From: Desulfobacteraceae bacterium Eth-SRB1
Lineage (GTDB): Bacteria; Desulfobacterota; Desulfobacteria; Desulfobacterales; ETH-SRB1
Assembly (NCBI GenBank): GCA_004193555.1
Contig: RPGP01000040.1
Span: forward strand, 65,127 to 129,126
Reading direction: 5' to 3'
Length of the DNA: 64,000 nucleotides
The translations under genes and the position numbers were made by a program. This document shows positions 53,786 to 62,884 of this stretch, piece after piece (position 1 is the first letter of the stretch; each line of letters starts with the position of its first letter). The notes below the pieces were generated by a model. The model had not been told where the DNA came from and did no database searches. It saw nothing but the letters and a program-made list of their open reading frames with translations.

Positions 53786-55603
53786 ATGGAATCTAATGTG
53801 TTAACAACAGAAATGATTTTAGTTATGTTTATGATCGGAGTGGCGGTATTCCTTTTTATCGTTGAATGGATTCGAGTTGATATGGTGGCTATACTTATGA
53901 CCGTTACCCTTCCTTTGCTTCATCTCGTTACGCCTAAAGAGGCATTCTCCGGTTTTAGCAGCAATGCCGTAATTTCCATCATTGCAGTTATTATCATAGG
54001 CGCCGGCCTTGACAAAACCGGCCTTATAAACAGGCTGGTTAAGCCTGTTATGAAAATAGCCGGCAATAGCTCATCGCGTGTTATTCTGGGAATGGGCGCC
54101 ACTGTAGCTGTAATTTCAAGTTTTATGCAGAACATCGGGGCTGCGGCTCTTTTCCTGCCGGCTATCAGGCGCGTCAGCAAAGCAACAAATATATCGCTGT
54201 CCCGGATGCTGATGCCTGTTGGTTTTTGTGCAATTTTAGGGGGCACTATCACCCTGGTTGGATGCAGTCCATTAATTCTTCTCAACGATTTACTTGCTCC
54301 GTTTAACCTTGAGCCATTCAACCTTTTTGATGTTACACCTATCGGTCTGGCGCTGGTAGGAACAGGAATCGCATTTTTCATTCTCTTTGGCCGCTTTGTG
54401 CTGCCAAAAGGAGAAGCCGGCGGCAGCGATTCTTCTGATGGATCTATCCCGGAATTATCAAGTTCTTATGAACGTATTGGAGATCCTTTTGAATTAAAAG
54501 TGCCCGGCGATTTCACCGAGTTCAGGGATCCTTTGACAACGAGAGATATACGGGAAAAATATCTGGTAAATGTGGTTGGAATCGTTGGCAGAGATGGTTT
54601 TAAGATGCTTTCCGCTGCTCCGGACATGGAGATAAGATCTAACAACGATATAGTAGTCTACGGGCTGCGGAAAAATGTAGAGAAAATGGCCAAAGAACTT
54701 GGAATGCAGATTAAAGACTCGCTGGATTTATTTCAAAATGAAATGTCTGAGGCCATATCCGGAACCATTGAGGCTGTTGTTGCGCCGCGTTCTGAATTAA
54801 TTGGCAAAACCTTGAGAAAAGCGCACTTCTGGGAACAGTTTCAGGTAAACCCGCTGGCAATTTACCGCTCAGACAAAGCTTTTTATTCCGGACTGTCGGA
54901 TTTTGAATTGCGATCAGGTGATTCAATACTGCTTCATGGCACCTGGGAGAGGTTTAATATTTTACAGGAAAGACACAATTTTATTTTTACAACTCCGGTA
55001 AGTGAAGTTCTTAAGCCGCAAAAAGCTCTAATATCCGGTTTCTGGCTAACAGTAGCTCTTGTAATGATAATTATATTCAAAATCCAGTTATCAGTAGCTC
55101 TTATGACCGGGGCCTTTGGAATGGTTGTTTGCCGGGTGCTGACTATAGATGAAGCATACAAGTCTGTTGACTGGCGGACGATTTTCCTCCTGGCCGGACT
55201 TATTCCATTGGGAATTGCAACTGAGAAAACCGGAGCTGCAGCGTGGATTGCTTATACTATTCTTAATTTAATAGGAGACGTTTCTCCTGTTGTGCTTTTC
55301 ACGGCCATAGCGGTGCTTTCCACATTCTTTACTCTCGTTATTTCGAACGTGGGCGCTACAGTGCTTCTTGTGCCGCTTGTAGTGAATATGGCCATGGCAG
55401 CAGGGGCAGATCCGAGGATGGCCGCCCTTGTGGTAGGCCTGGCGACTTCTAACTCGTTTATGCTGCCGACACATCAGGTTAATGCGCTTTATATGGGCCC
55501 GGGCAGATATAGAAGTGTAGATTTTATGAAAGCCGGCGGGTTTATGACTGTATTATTTATAGTAGTGCTGATCGGGATGCTTTATGTGTTTTATGGCATT
55601 TAA
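53786..55603 (+). CDS. SLC13/DASS-family permease with two central TrkA-C domains
   Basis: 605 aa. Two polytopic halves separated by a roughly 200-aa soluble region with duplicated TrkA-C-like segments. Confidence 0.85.
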   Translation: MESNVLTTEMILVMFMIGVAVFLFIVEWIRVDMVAILMTVTLPLLHLVTPKEAFSGFSSNAVISIIAVIIIGAGLDKTGLINRLVKPVMKIAGNSSSRVILGMGATVAVISSFMQNIGAAALFLPAIRRVSKATNISLSRMLMPVGFCAILGGTITLVGCSPLILLNDLLAPFNLEPFNLFDVTPIGLALVGTGIAFFILFGRFVLPKGEAGGSDSSDGSIPELSSSYERIGDPFELKVPGDFTEFRDPLTTRDIREKYLVNVVGIVGRDGFKMLSAAPDMEIRSNNDIVVYGLRKNVEKMAKELGMQIKDSLDLFQNEMSEAISGTIEAVVAPRSELIGKTLRKAHFWEQFQVNPLAIYRSDKAFYSGLSDFELRSGDSILLHGTWERFNILQERHNFIFTTPVSEVLKPQKALISGFWLTVALVMIIIFKIQLSVALMTGAFGMVVCRVLTIDEAYKSVDWRTIFLLAGLIPLGIATEKTGAAAWIAYTILNLIGDVSPVVLFTAIAVLSTFFTLVISNVGATVLLVPLVVNMAMAAGADPRMAALVVGLATSNSFMLPTHQVNALYMGPGRYRSVDFMKAGGFMTVLFIVVLIGMLYVFYGI

Positions 55604-55620
55604 TCAGGATATAAACGTTT

Positions 55621-55808
55621 ACAGTTCACGGTTAAAATGCTTCAGGTGTTACATAGCTCGTAACCCCGCCGTGGCGGGGCTTGAAACTTGAAATTGGAAA
55701 GTAGAAATTGGGAAAAACAGTACAAAAACATGAAGGCCAAATTTCCAATTTCTAATTTCAATGTTCCGTGAACGCTTAGTATAGTTCATTGAAAAAAGTG
55801 TGAACTGT
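55621..55808. repeat. Nested palindromic element containing the 29-nt CTTGAAA-word core (39-nt unit, copy 3)
   Basis: Outer ACAGTTCAC/GTGAACTGT (55621-55629 / 55800-55808). Core CTTGAAACTTGAAATTGGAAAGTAGAAAT (55680-55708) faces the partly complementary CCAAATTTCCAATTTCTAATTTCAATG (55737-55763). Confidence 0.85.
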
Positions 55809-55847
55809 AAGCTGACAACCGTTTTTAACATTTTAAGGAGGGCAAAA

Positions 55848-56681
55848 GTGTCCATTATAACTATTACCGCAGGTTCTTACAGCAATGGAAAGCAAATAGC
55901 CAAAAGCGCTGCCAAAAGATTGAAGTACGAGTATGCAGATAGCGAAATTATTTTATCATTGGTTTCCAAAGAATTCGGTGTTTCTGAATCGAAGCTTGCT
56001 CGAACTCTTAAAGATATACCTTCAAGCATCGGCATGTTTTCTCAGGCTAAACAGCAACATATAATATATATAGATACTGTGTTCACAGAATATATGTTGA
56101 AAAATAATATTGTATATTATGGAGCCATCGGGCTTCCGTTTATCCAGAAAATATCTCATGTGTTCAAAGTTCAAATTATTGCTGCGTTAGAAGACAGAAT
56201 TAAGAACAAAGCAAAGCTGGATGGCGAATCTCAAGAGAAAGCACGTAAAACAGTTGTCAAGGAAGATAATCAGCAAAAAAAATGGGCTGCGGCCGTTTAC
56301 GATATAGACCTTACAGATCCGAACTTATATGATCTAATAATAAATATCGGACATATACAGGATGATGATGTGGAAAATGCTCTGCAAACTATTATTAGTA
56401 CCGTAGAACACAAGAAATTTCAACCGATGACATATTCCTTAAGGTGTGTGAAAAATGTTGCGATGTCATGTCGTGTTAGGGCAACTCTGGCGGATATAGA
56501 TCCAAAAATACAGGTAAAATCCGATAAAGGAACTGTTTATATATATACCAAAGCAATAAAGAAAAAGGCACAGGATAAGGGATTAGAAATGAAACAAAAG
56601 GTAATGAGAATTGAAGGGGTCAAGCACGTTGAAGTTTATGTAGATAATGATTTATTTTCGACAGTTGCCCATGGGCAATAG
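55848..56681 (+). CDS. Cytidylate-kinase-like family protein with degenerate P-loop and BON-like C-terminus
   Basis: GTG 55848 with AGGAGG upstream. ITITAGSYSNGKQ replaces a canonical GxxxxGK[ST]. C-terminal ...MRIEGVKHVEVYVDNDLF. Confidence 0.6.
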   Translation: MSIITITAGSYSNGKQIAKSAAKRLKYEYADSEIILSLVSKEFGVSESKLARTLKDIPSSIGMFSQAKQQHIIYIDTVFTEYMLKNNIVYYGAIGLPFIQKISHVFKVQIIAALEDRIKNKAKLDGESQEKARKTVVKEDNQQKKWAAAVYDIDLTDPNLYDLIINIGHIQDDDVENALQTIISTVEHKKFQPMTYSLRCVKNVAMSCRVRATLADIDPKIQVKSDKGTVYIYTKAIKKKAQDKGLEMKQKVMRIEGVKHVEVYVDNDLFSTVAHGQ

Positions 56682-56745
56682 TCCTGTTTTGGATAATTTT
56701 ATTGGCAAGTTAAAAGATATCAGCATATTAAATAGATTAAGGTAA

Positions 56746-56784
56746 CCGTTCACGGCTTGAAACTTGAAATTGGAAAGTAGAAAT
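56746..56784 (+). repeat. 39-nt unit, copy 4 (44 nt upstream of the response-regulator ATG)
   Basis: CCGTTCACGGCTTGAAACTTGAAATTGGAAAGTAGAAAT, identical to copy 1. Confidence 0.9.
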
Positions 56785-56827
56785 ATAGGGAGAAGGGCGC
56801 TAATTTAATATCTATGAGGAGGTAAAA

Positions 56828-57214
56828 ATGAAAGAAAAATTAGACATCCTGTTGCTGGATGATGAAGCTATAGTTGGAAACAGGTTGAAGCCTGTTCTGG
56901 AGAAAGTTGGTTGCGATGTTGAACTGTTTGAAGATCCCAAAAAAGCTCTTAACAGGATTCGCGAAAAAAAGTTTGATATAGTTATTACAGATATAATGAT
57001 GCCGGATGTTAACGGTATACAGATACTGGAAGAGGCGCGAGAAAAATCAGATATTACAAAAGTAATTATTATTACAGGCTATGCAACAGTAGCTATGGCT
57101 CGTGAAGCTATGGACAAAGGCGCTTTTGATATGATTGCCAAGCCATTCACTCCTGATGATCTTCGCTCTGTAATAGCAAAAGCAGCTGATTCACTTGGCT
57201 ATAAAAAATTATAG
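56828..57214 (+). CDS. Single-domain response regulator
   Basis: ILLLDDEA...VITDIMMPDVNG...ITGY...KPF. GGAGG RBS. Confidence 0.9.
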   Translation: MKEKLDILLLDDEAIVGNRLKPVLEKVGCDVELFEDPKKALNRIREKKFDIVITDIMMPDVNGIQILEEAREKSDITKVIIITGYATVAMAREAMDKGAFDMIAKPFTPDDLRSVIAKAADSLGYKKL

Positions 57215-57322
57215 CAAAAGCATAAAAATTGCTGGAATGAAAAAATCTATTGCTTGATATTTCAAGACTATCGTGAAATATAATAAATTTCAGGTAATAT
57301 AAAAATCGGTTAGATACATGTT

Positions 57323-58855
57323 ATGACAAATCCTCTTGAATCTAAATCCAGCTTTATACGCAATTCAAAAAAACCTGCTCTCGATACCGAGGAGCGGGAC
57401 CTGCTTGCACGGCCACGTTTTAGTCTTCGGCTACATATGCTGCTGGTGTTTATTCTTTTCTCCTTTCTGTCGATGGCTATTATTATTGGTTCCGTTATAG
57501 CCATAAACCGCATACAAAAGAAGCTGAACTTCGTTCAAAGCTCTGAAAGATATCTTTTTGATATTGCGCAAGCCAGGAGGTGGGAAAAAAACTATTTTTT
57601 GTATGATACAAATCTCGAAGATGCGGTTCAGAGCGCCGGTAATGCGAAAAGTCTTTTATCCCAAAGCCTGGAAAAGGTCATAACTGTTTTATCAGCAGAA
57701 GAGACAGCAACTGTACTTAAGCACCTTGATCAATACATTGGCCTTCTGCAAGAGTTAACAATGTTAGAAAAAAATAACATTAAGAATGCTGATAAAAAAA
57801 GCGAGATCGAAACTTCTTTGAGACAACACGGCGCTGAGATGGTTAAAGTAGCGGCTGCTCTGGTTACTAAAGAGCAAAATTCCATAAATGCTATGCTTCA
57901 CCTTATTCAGAGGATTCCTATTTACTGTCTCGCATTTGCTCTGTTATTAACATTTTTTGCGTCACGTTTTCTTTCACACAGATTGATAAAGCCACTTAAT
58001 CTCCTCATTGAAAGCACTCAAAGAATAGCAAAGGGAGATTTTTCTCCGGTCCCGCCACTTTGTAAATACCGTGGTGAATTTTCAGCAGTAGAGATGGCTA
58101 TCAATCAAATGTGTAACGAGCTGAAATCGCGTGAAGTTGCTATGGTTGAATCCCACAAGCTTAGAGCAATCGGAACTTTAACAGCCGGTGTGGCGCACGA
58201 ATTGAACAATCCGCTAAACAATATAATGCTCACAGCACATGCCATGCTTGAAGATCATAATGACCTGTCTGAAGATGAGCTGCTTGAAATGATAAACGAT
58301 CTCATTAACGAAGCAGACAGGTCGCGAAGTATAGTTCGTAATCTGCTGGATTTTGCAAGAGAAAGCGAGTCTGTCTCCGAACCTCTTGATCTGGAAGCGC
58401 TGGTTAGCGAAACAATTAAATTAACGCTGAATCAGGCTAAGGTATCCGGAGCAAAAATAGAAACTCAAATTCAGCCCGACCTTCCTCGTATACGCGGGGA
58501 TAAACAGCAATTGAAGCAGGTTTTTTTAAACCTGATCCTTAATGCCCTGGATGCTGTCGAAAAAAATGGAATTGTTAAAATAAATGTTAAAAAAGCCGAT
58601 AGTCCTGGATTTTTGGCTGTTCAGGTAGAAGACAATGGCTGCGGAATACCCGCTCATATTTTGCCTAATATATTTGATCCGTTTTTCACTACAAAAGGGC
58701 CGGGAAAGGGCACTGGACTGGGTCTTTCTGTTTCCCATGGCATCATTACAATGCATGGTGGACAGATCAGTATTGAAACTGAAAAAGGAAAATATACAAA
58801 GTTTACGGTAACTCTCCCTTTTAGAACTGTTCCTGCGGTTTTCAACAAAACCTAA
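57323..58855 (+). CDS. Sensor histidine kinase (TM-HAMP-HisKA-HATPase)
   Basis: H-box GVAHELNNPLN. N, G1 and G2 boxes (LNLILNALDA, DNGCGI, GTGLGLS). Confidence 0.9.
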   Translation: MTNPLESKSSFIRNSKKPALDTEERDLLARPRFSLRLHMLLVFILFSFLSMAIIIGSVIAINRIQKKLNFVQSSERYLFDIAQARRWEKNYFLYDTNLEDAVQSAGNAKSLLSQSLEKVITVLSAEETATVLKHLDQYIGLLQELTMLEKNNIKNADKKSEIETSLRQHGAEMVKVAAALVTKEQNSINAMLHLIQRIPIYCLAFALLLTFFASRFLSHRLIKPLNLLIESTQRIAKGDFSPVPPLCKYRGEFSAVEMAINQMCNELKSREVAMVESHKLRAIGTLTAGVAHELNNPLNNIMLTAHAMLEDHNDLSEDELLEMINDLINEADRSRSIVRNLLDFARESESVSEPLDLEALVSETIKLTLNQAKVSGAKIETQIQPDLPRIRGDKQQLKQVFLNLILNALDAVEKNGIVKINVKKADSPGFLAVQVEDNGCGIPAHILPNIFDPFFTTKGPGKGTGLGLSVSHGIITMHGGQISIETEKGKYTKFTVTLPFRTVPAVFNKT

Positions 58856-58888
58856 GGTAATATAACCTAAATTACTATTGGAGGAAAT

Positions 58889-60271
58889 TTGTCGTTGAAA
58901 AAGGACGATGAAAATACATTGATACGTATTGCGGTTATTGATGACGAGCCTTTGGTTCTGCGAAATTTGCAGAGAAAAATAAGTAAAAGCGGCTACCGGG
59001 TTGAAACATTTCAAAATCCTCAAAAAGCCATCGATCGAATGAAAATAGCGCCATTCGATGTTATTCTAACCGATTTACACATGCCTGAAATGGATGGCAT
59101 GCAAGTTTTAGCGAAAATCAGAGAAAATTATCCTAAAACAGAGGTTATAATTATTACCGGCTATGCATCCATAAACAGCGCCGTTGAAGCGGTAAAACAA
59201 GGCGCTTTTTACTACATTGAAAAGCCCTTTACCCCTGAACAGGTTATGCTGATATTAAACCGCGCGATTGAGAAGCTGCGTTTGGCCGGCGAAAATAAAA
59301 GGCTTAAGGAGGATCTTTTCAGAAAAGATAATGTGCGACAAATCATTGGTATAAGTTCTCCTATCCGTGAATTAATTAAAATGATTCAAAAAGTATCCAG
59401 GATAAACTGTAATGTTCTTATTCAAGGAGAAAGCGGGACAGGTAAGGAACTGACAGCAAAGGCAATACATTTCGGGGGGCCGAGAAAAGACAAACCTTAT
59501 ATCAGTTTTAATTGCGGCAGTTTTACAGAGGAGTTGATAGCCAATGAACTTTTTGGCCATGAAAAAGGAGCTTTTACCGGCGCAGAAAGTGTGAAGGTGG
59601 GTTTGTTGGAAGCAGCACAGGGAGGGACTGTCTTTCTTGATGAAATAGGGGAAATGCCCCTTTCCATGCAGGTTAAGTTGCTCAGGGTAATCCAGGAAAA
59701 GAAACTGATCAGAGTAGGGGGATCTGACCCTGTTGATCTGGATATCAGAGTGATATCTGCCACAAATAAAGATCTGGAAAACGAAGTCAAGGCCGGAAGG
59801 TTTAGAGGAGATCTTTACTTCCGTCTTAAAGTAGTCAAAATTCGTGTTCCTTCACTCAGGGAAAGAAAAGGAGACATGCTCCTTTTAACGAAATATTTTA
59901 TAGATAAATACAACAAGCTCTACAACAAAAAAATTAAGGGTTTTAGTAAACAGGCTCTAAATCTTTTGACAAAATATTCTTTTCCTGGGAATGTGCGAGA
60001 ACTTGAACACATTGTTTCAAGCGCCATTGCTCTGGGAGAAAAAACCTGGATTAATGAAAACGAACTTCCCGAGGATCTTGACCATCTAATAGTGGAGACA
60101 GTTGAAAACAGAGATTTGCTTCCTCTTTATGAAGAAGAGAAAGCCCATATTATCAGGGTGCTTGAAGCTACTAATTATAACAAAATTAGAGCTTCAAAAA
60201 TACTTGATATCCCAAGAACAACCTTGTGGAGAAAGATAAAAAAATACGGCATCATGGAATCTTTGGGATGA
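58889..60271 (+). CDS. Sigma54-dependent Fis-family response regulator (NtrC type)
   Basis: REC domain, AAA+ GESGTGKE, GAFTGA loop (HEKGAFTGA) and C-terminal Fis HTH (ASKILDIPRTTLWRKIKKYG). Confidence 0.95.
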   Translation: MSLKKDDENTLIRIAVIDDEPLVLRNLQRKISKSGYRVETFQNPQKAIDRMKIAPFDVILTDLHMPEMDGMQVLAKIRENYPKTEVIIITGYASINSAVEAVKQGAFYYIEKPFTPEQVMLILNRAIEKLRLAGENKRLKEDLFRKDNVRQIIGISSPIRELIKMIQKVSRINCNVLIQGESGTGKELTAKAIHFGGPRKDKPYISFNCGSFTEELIANELFGHEKGAFTGAESVKVGLLEAAQGGTVFLDEIGEMPLSMQVKLLRVIQEKKLIRVGGSDPVDLDIRVISATNKDLENEVKAGRFRGDLYFRLKVVKIRVPSLRERKGDMLLLTKYFIDKYNKLYNKKIKGFSKQALNLLTKYSFPGNVRELEHIVSSAIALGEKTWINENELPEDLDHLIVETVENRDLLPLYEEEKAHIIRVLEATNYNKIRASKILDIPRTTLWRKIKKYGIMESLG

Positions 60272-60302
60272 TGCGGTTTTTTAAAAGGAATGACCCCATT
60301 TC

Positions 60303-61525
60303 CTAAAACTGCGGCTCATACTCCGGCACGATCTCCTGCAATTTCGTCTTTATGCCTTTTGCATCCTGATTTTCGGCAAGGCGGCATGAAAAATTATCTG
60401 AGGTTTATAAGCTCCGATCGCCTTTTCAAGCTCATGTTTATCCTGAATGTCCGCCAGCAAAGGCACAACTGTTACATTGCTGAAACTCTGTTTAAGCTCC
60501 AGTTCGATTTCATACAATGGGCTTTCTGCTATCTCGTAAAGCACAACCAGTTCCGGTCGAAACCGGCAGATCTGCCTGCAGAGTTCGGAACCGATAGAAC
60601 CGCCCGCGCCGGTTATCATGACACGCCGCCTCTTGATGTGTGAGCCTATCTCTTCTTCGTCCAGCACGACTGCTTCCCGTCCCAGCAGGTCTCTGTAGGC
60701 CACCTCTCGGATCGCATTTATTGTCACCCTGCCGTCAATCAGCTCTCCCATGCCGGGCATGGTCTTAAATGTAATGCCGCTTTCCTTGCAATGAGTCACA
60801 ATGGTTCGCATTTGCTTTGATGTGGCTGACGAAATCGCTATAAGGATTTCATCAACCCTTGCCTGCCTTGCAACCGCTTTGATATCTTTTATGCAGCCAA
60901 GCACTGGAATACCGTGGATCTTTTTCCCAAGCTTTACCGGATTATCGTCAAGGAATCCGACCACATTATACTTAAGCCGCGCATTATCCCTTAATTCTCT
61001 GAATATTTTTTCTGCGCAGTCGCCGGCGCCGACAATAAGCAGCCTCTTTCTGCCCTGTACCTTTTTTACAAAGGGACTCAAAAGAATCTGTTTTACAACT
61101 TTCCAGAATTCATCATGGCCGAAGTATTCAAAATACAAGCGGACGCTCAGTCTGAATGCGGAAATAAAAAAAATCGTGAAACACCAGTCAATAACAAAAA
61201 CCGAACGGGCAAAGCCTTCGAACCTGGTTTTAAAAAGAATAACACTGATAATAAGGAGAGAGGCTATGGTTGATGCCTTGATGATATTTATCATATCGGC
61301 GATGCTTGTATAGCGCCACATGCCGCGATAAAGATCGAAGAAATAAAAACAGACAAACTTGGTTATCAATACAAAAGGCAATATCTTCTTAAAAGTCTGC
61401 AGCTCAATGCCGTCAATCATAAAATCAAATCGCACGAGGTAGGCGGCATACAAAGAGCCTGTTAAAAGAAGAATATCTATCGCCAGAATAATAAAGAAGT
61501 TTTTATAAAGCGGTTTGATTTTCAT
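60303..61525 (-). pseudogene. CapD/WbpM-type polysaccharide biosynthesis dehydratase with large internal deletion and frameshift
   Basis: Intact N-terminal TM region and first Rossmann motif (ITGAGGSIGSEL) up to ...IIFHAA, then a stop. A different frame just downstream reads ...LQEIVPEYEPQF*, resembling the family C-terminus. About 250 codons are missing. Confidence 0.6.
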
Positions 61526-61552
61526 GGTTTTTATTTACCGCAAAGCCACTTC

Positions 61553-61946
61553 CTCACGCAAAGGCGCAAAGGCGCTAAAAATATAATTTTGAGTTTTTAA
61601 TTTTGAATTTTGAATGAAGGAAAAAAGTCCGATTTTAATTGAAGCTCCCCGCCGCAAGCAGCGCGGAATGCGCTCACTATTCAGTTCAAATAGCCTAACA
61701 GCCTTCAGCCTAATAAGCTAATCCCTAAATTCTCAATCCTTAAATTCCTTCAACTCAAAATTCAAAATTATCTCTCCATTCCCAATTCCCTGTTTTTCAT
61801 TCGACGTTGGACGTTCGATGTTGGACGTTCATCTTTTCTATTCCCTCTGTTTTTTCCCTTCGACATTCTGCGGTTCATTATTCTGCGGTTCTGCGGTTTT
61901 CTGATCCTCTATCCTATTTTCTCTCCCCTTAGCGCCTTTGCGTGAG
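61553..61946. repeat. 394-bp composite bounded by GCAAAGGC-word inverted repeats
   Basis: CTCACGCAAAGGCGCAAAGGCGCTAA (61553-61578) / TTAGCGCCTTTGCGTGAG (61929-61946). The interior carries TTTTGAATTTTGAATGAAGG, TTCGACG/TTGGACG words (61798-61830), (TTCTGCGG)n and AATCCCT words. A third arm copy lies at 62749-62764. Confidence 0.9.
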
Positions 61947-61979
61947 CCAACTCTTAGCACTTAACACCTTACACTTCAA

Positions 61980-62744
61980 CTATATCTGCCCCCTAATCCA
62001 TGCCCAGGCCAAACCCAGGTATTCATAAAATACCCTCTCCATCTTGCGAAGACTATCGGCATTGGGAAAGAAAATATGCGGGCTGATCCCCTGGCTTTCT
62101 TTAATTAGATAATCTGTAGGAGCCGGTATCGGCTTCATGCCCAGTTTTTGGAAAAGAGCTATCGAACGTGGCATATGCGAAGCAGATGTTACTAATATGA
62201 ACCTTTCATCTCCAACTATTTTATGGATTAACCGTGCCTGATCCTTAGTGTCTTTTGAAAGCTCCTCTAAAACAATCCTGTTATCCCCTACCCTCATAAT
62301 CTTAGCCACGTCCGCCATTACCACGGCATTAGATACCGGATCATACACCCCGCTGCCTGATAATATTAACTTGCTTGCCGGAAGTTTTTTGTGAATTCTA
62401 ACCCCTTCCAGCAAGCGGGAAAGAGAGGAATTCCCTATCTGGCCGGTTACAGGTAACTTTGGGTCTGAATTATGGCCGCCACCCAGAACAACCACCCATT
62501 TAACATCGGAAAATGTCTGCAGCTCAACAAGAGGAGGATATTTATATTCCAGGGGTTTCAAACAAATATCCGCTATACTCCCGTAGCTGAATAGAGCCAG
62601 CAAAACAACGCCTGCAAAGACAAGCATCTTCCCGGTCTTTTGCCTGCGGGTAAACCACAGCAGGAAAACCCCAGCTATCAATATTTCAAGAATAATCGAT
62701 AAAGGAAACAATAACGGCGCTACTATTTTCTTAAATAAAAACAT
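61980..62744 (-). CDS. DUF218/YdcF(ElyC)-family protein
   Basis: N-terminal TM helices, then VVVLGGG...SG...VTSA.HM.R pattern. ATG 62744 preferred over GTG 62753, which lies in a repeat arm. Confidence 0.75.
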   Translation of the reverse strand: MFLFKKIVAPLLFPLSIILEILIAGVFLLWFTRRQKTGKMLVFAGVVLLALFSYGSIADICLKPLEYKYPPLVELQTFSDVKWVVVLGGGHNSDPKLPVTGQIGNSSLSRLLEGVRIHKKLPASKLILSGSGVYDPVSNAVVMADVAKIMRVGDNRIVLEELSKDTKDQARLIHKIVGDERFILVTSASHMPRSIALFQKLGMKPIPAPTDYLIKESQGISPHIFFPNADSLRKMERVFYEYLGLAWAWIRGQI

Positions 62745-62884
62745 TTCACTCACGCAAAGGCGCCAAGAGACCTTTAAAAAATGCTTCCGCCAGAGTGCTA
62801 AGGTCTCACACGGAGGAATACATTGAGTATTTCGAGGATTGACCCATTTTATTAAGAACGGGTGAGCCTGACCCCCGTTTTTTG

